A stretch of DNA of 64,000 nt from NCBI GenBank assembly GCA_965240325.2, contig OZ251241.1, positions 558,001 to 622,000 of the forward strand, written 5' to 3'. The notes beneath the pieces were generated by a model. That model was given only the letters and a program-made list of their open reading frames with translations. It was not told the origin of the DNA and ran no database searches. How positions within the stretch are numbered: the first letter of the stretch is position 1; every line of letters starts with the position of its first letter. Shown here piece by piece: positions 60,146 through 64,000 of the stretch. Source of the DNA: Rebecca billardiae RCC1528 (taxonomy: Eukaryota > Protista > Haptophyta). A program made the position numbers and the translations under genes.

Positions 60146-60345
60146 TCTGAGACCTGACGCTTATTGCCCGCGTTGCTAATACGGTTATACGCGGCCACGT
60201 GATCGTCGTCGTCGTTATTAATAAATATATACTCGGCGGCGGATCGATCCGGACGCCCGAACTACGTACTGCTGTCTATATCTCTCATCTCTCTCTCCCT
60301 CTCTCTCTCTCTTAATATACTGCTACTGCTATATAGCTATAGCAG
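60051..60345. repeat. Composite repeat: inverted copy of the 28.5-kb hairpin repeat, (TA)n, a MITE-TIR remnant and (CT)n
   Basis: 60051-60100 matches 28551-28587. CTTATTGCCCGCG at 60160-60172 matches the 23.3-kb MITE TIR. Confidence 0.7.
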
Positions 60346-60731
60346 GCGGCGGGTTATTATACTTCCGCCGGGGGCCTATATATTGTCCGAGTAGTCGTCC
60401 GTCTCTGGCCGTAGCACTAGCGCAGCCGTCAATCTGGCTCTCCGCCGCCGTCGGCGTCTCGTCCGCCACTCTCTAGACCTAGTAGGCAAGTCGTGGCCGT
60501 CGCCGCGCGGGTGCCCTCGTGCGCTGGCTCTGCGACTGCATGACGCGAGTGCCCGGTGGCCGCGGTGAGTAGCGCGCTGTAGTGAAGTGTAGAGTCGCAC
60601 AGTGTAGCGTATAGTCCTGTACAGTGTACTACTGCAACCACTGGCTCCCCTGCTCACTTGACACTTGCTGCCACGACACCGGTCACCGCCGATCCCGCCC
60701 AAGCACTCGCTCGCGTCTCACTCCGCCGGCA

Positions 60732-62650
60732 TCACAACGGCTCGAGGTCGATGTACCTGAACTCGGGGTACTTGGAGCGGATGAGCGCCTCCAGCCTGTC
60801 CACCTCGAGGCCGAGCATCAGGTAGAGGTGCTGGCTGCACCGCCGCGTCACGCGCCGCGCGTCTGCGTCCGTCTCGACCGCGGAGAGCGAGACGCGCATG
60901 TCCTGCAGGTTCGTGTGCAGCGCTGGTGCACGCACGGCGGAGCGCAGGCGGGCGCGAGCCGAGGCGCACGGTACCCGTGAGCGCGCGACGCGCAGACCGG
61001 CTGGGTGAGCGGCAGCGCGCCGCGGTGCCGCGGCCCGCGCGCGCCGCCGGCCGGCCGGCGGGCTTGGGGCATTGTGCCGCGCGCGCGCGCGCGCACCCAA
61101 GTAGCGGTCCGCGATGGCGACGGCGTTGAAGTGCACCTCCGCCTTGAAGCGCGCGACGCCGGGCGAGACCATCACGCTCTTCACGTCGTGCAGCGAGAGC
61201 ACCGCCGGGTCCGCGCGCAGCAGCGACTGCACCTCGTGCGTGCGCTTGGGCGCGATCGCCTGCCCAATCAGAACCTCGCGATTCTTCTGCACAATCATCC
61301 ACGCGACGCCGCCGAGCATGCCCGAGATGACGAGCGAGCCCGCCGCGTCCCACCGCGGGTCGCCTGTCGCCACCGAGAGCGCCATTGCGCTGATCGCCAC
61401 CCCGATCCCCGCGACCGCCGCGCTGTCCTCGAGGAACACGCCCACGTTGAGCGGGTCGGGTGCGTACCGGATATAGTGCCACGTGCGCATGCCAGACTTG
61501 GCCGCCTCGCGCCTGATCTCGTGCAGCGCGACGAGCATGGAGTAGCCGTCGAGCAGCCCGGCGAGCGCCAGCGTGCCCAGCCCCACGCCCAGGTTGTGCA
61601 GCGGCTCCGGGTGCATCAGCGCCTGGATCCCGTGGTACGACGTCACCCCGCAGCCGAGGAAGAAGATCCCCACGCCCGACATGAGCGACCACACAAACTG
61701 CTCGTTCGCATACCCGTACGGGTGCTTCTGGTCCGCCTCGCGCTGGGAGCGCTCGAGGCCGATGAAGAGGAGCAGCTGGGCGCGGGGCGGGGACCCGCCG
61801 CATGCATGCATGCGCGCGCGGCGCGCGCGGTGCGTGCGAGAGCGGCGGCGCTCAGCGCACAAGCCGTGCGGATGGGCTGGATGGTCCGCCGCGCCCAGCG
61901 GCGGGCCAACGCGCGCCGCGCGCGCGGTGGCGCGGCGCACACCTGGTTGAAGAAGTCGGCGACCGAGTGCACGGCCTCGGCGAACATGGCGCCCGAGCCC
62001 GTCGCGAGGAACGCCCCGCCCTTCGCCACCGCGATGATGGCGTTGCACACGAGCGCCGAGTACACGGCGTTGGCGCCGGTCGGCACCGGCGTGTTTGCGC
62101 GCTTGAGCCGCATGCCGATGAAGTACCGCTGCCGGCCGTGGAGCCGTCTTCTGCGCGTGCGCTCGCGCTGCTCCTTCACGCTCGCGATCGTGTCCATCGA
62201 GCCCCACTTCCCCAGGGCCGCGCGCACCACGTCCATCCGGAAGTAGAGCGGCATCGTCGCCGCAGACGCGTATGGGCTCGCCTTGAGCAGGTGCGGGAGG
62301 GAGGCGAGGTCGCGTATGCCGAGCATGTACTGCGTGCGCGCCTCCTGCTGCGTGAGCGTCTGCGCCTCGCGCCAAAACGTCACCGACGCCTTGTCGCCCG
62401 TGCCCAGCCGCTGCTCGAGGTAGCCCTGGTGCGTCTTCCAGCGCAGCACGTCGAGCACGCGCGCCGGAGGCGTCCACTCCTTCCACGCGCTCAGCTCGGC
62501 GGCGGGGGGCGAGGTGCACAGCGAAGCCCTCGGGCCGCTACTCCGCGGTGCGTACGGTAATGGCGCACCGGCGAGCGTCCAGCGCGTCGCGCACCATGCC
62601 GCGCCGCGCACGGGGAGCGCTCGCGCGCCGATCCCCACGGGATGCGCCAT
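60732..62650 (-). CDS. ZnT9/SLC30A9-like cation diffusion facilitator; exons 62650-61943, 61775-61097, 60922-60732
   Basis: N-terminal XPA-like segment (EARTQYML..SPY..LYF..ALGKWGS), SGAMFAEAVHSVADFFNQ|LLL..HPYGY, VFLEDSAAV, FKAEVHFN, EVDRLE..YIDLE. Confidence 0.93.
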
Positions 62651-62842
62651 CACGTATCGCCGCGACGAAATCGAGCGACGCGTGAGCGAACTGCGAAGTC
62701 GACACGGACGGCCGCGAGATCGCGGCCGCCATCGTCCCCGGCCGCCGATCGCGCGCGCGCTCGCCCGAGAGCGTGGCCGCGGCGCGCAGCAGCAACGCGG
62801 GCGCGCGCCCGGCGTCCGTGTCCGCCTGCGTGGACGGCATCG

Positions 62843-63574
62843 ATGCCGACGGCCGAGGAGCACCGCGTGCTCTTCATGCACGGCCTCGAGTCAGGTCCTG
62901 GGGGCCGCAAGGCGCGGCGGCTACAGGAGCGATACAACGCGGTCGCGCCCGACATGCGGATGTCGTTCCTTGACCTGCGCCGCGAGAACTCCATCGCTCG
63001 ATCGGCACTGCGCAATGCCCTGACCACGCTCCCATGGAACCTGCTCGCGTGGGCGCTGCACGACTCGCTCACGCGCTGCCTCGGCGTGCAGGCACGCCAG
63101 ATCGATGCGCACAAACCGCATGTCGTCGTCGCGTCCTCGTGGGGCGCCGCAGTAGCCACCCTCGCGCTCGCGCGAGGCGTTTGGTGCGGCCCGACGCTGC
63201 TACTCGCCCCAGCGCTTCAGCACGCCGTCAAGGCTGCCGGCGCGGCCGTGCCTGAGCTGCAACCGAGCGCCATCTACGCGGCAATAGCCACGCTTCGGCC
63301 TGACGAGCGCGCGCGCATCCTCATCGTGCACGGCGAGCAGGATGAGACCATCCCGCTGCAGAACTCGCGCGAGTTCGCCGCTGCGGCAGGCGTACGGCTG
63401 CTTGTCGTGCCGGGTGGCGACCACGCGCTCAACGAAGCGCTGCTCGACGACGCCAGTGTCAGTGCTGGGCTGAGAGCCAGCGCCGACGAGGGTGCAGCAG
63501 CGCCCAGCCGTCTGAGCCCGGCAGACGAGACATGCCTGCTCTTCCGCCTCGTGAACCAGCTCCTCTCCGTCTAG
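62843..63574 (+). CDS. Alpha/beta hydrolase (YqiA/UPF0227-like esterase)
   Basis: FMHGLES, ASSWG nucleophile elbow, LLLAPA, HGEQDETIP and GGDH complete the Ser-Asp-His triad. Confidence 0.88.
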   Translation: MPTAEEHRVLFMHGLESGPGGRKARRLQERYNAVAPDMRMSFLDLRRENSIARSALRNALTTLPWNLLAWALHDSLTRCLGVQARQIDAHKPHVVVASSWGAAVATLALARGVWCGPTLLLAPALQHAVKAAGAAVPELQPSAIYAAIATLRPDERARILIVHGEQDETIPLQNSREFAAAAGVRLLVVPGGDHALNEALLDDASVSAGLRASADEGAAAPSRLSPADETCLLFRLVNQLLSV

Positions 63575-64000
63575 CTGTCTGACATCCCGCTGCACGCCTG
63601 CAGGCTACACGCCTCCTGCCCTGCACCGTGCACGGAGGCCCTGGTGTCTCGGATCCAGCTCGGACTCACCGCCTAAGTCCTGCTGAGCCTGAGGCCGCCC
63701 CGGCAACCCGGCCACCCTGACCCGGGCGGCCCGCCATGCCCACGCCCGGCCACGACTACGGACCCTACGCGCGGCGTCTGCGCGGCCAGTCCGGGCGGCC
63801 ACAGTAGTCGTCGCGGGCAGTGGCCAACTCGGAGTCTCGGTCCGTCGGGCTGCCGCCTGCCGGCCCTGCCGCGGCTGCCGGCGCTCGGATCAATGCCGCG
63901 CCACTCCGCCCGGCCATCGGCCATCGGGCGGCCATGCTGCATCGGGGCATGCTGATGCTCCGTGGCCGTGCGCGGACGCGCGCAGACGGAGCCTGGCAAC

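Overview
Eukaryotic nuclear DNA from a very GC-rich, compact genome. Short GT-AG introns mostly begin GTGCG. A thylakoid-lumen protein that starts with a signal peptide suggests an alga with a secondary plastid; a Pavlovales-like haptophyte is my inference, not a proven identity. About 21 protein-coding genes are supported: lysophospholipase/cPLA2-like, RPL18, TKI1/Cramped-like, tandem LOV-like PAS, CWC27, AMT1, CSN3, LSM3, RNF5/RMA1-like, a sulfotransferase, an ER-type unknown, SAP/U-box, a pentapeptide lumen protein, Pol eta, TBL/SGNH, ATG101, chromo+SPOC-like, DEG/ENaC-like, TRPP/PKD2-like, ZnT9 and an alpha/beta hydrolase. Many lie as head-to-head pairs about 190-290 bp apart. Between them are several non-autonomous TIR elements, two long-TIR foldback elements, a 5'-truncated RLE-type LINE with a 14-bp TSD, a frameshifted tandem repeat and (TA)n tracts; 41.3-51.3 kb is gene-poor and TE-rich. 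The most notable locus is a divergent pair of putative ion-channel genes (DEG/ENaC-like and polycystin/TRPP-like) whose shared promoter is split by a young 2.8-kb foldback element with ~820-bp near-identical arms. All family calls are from motif recognition by eye; no database search was run.
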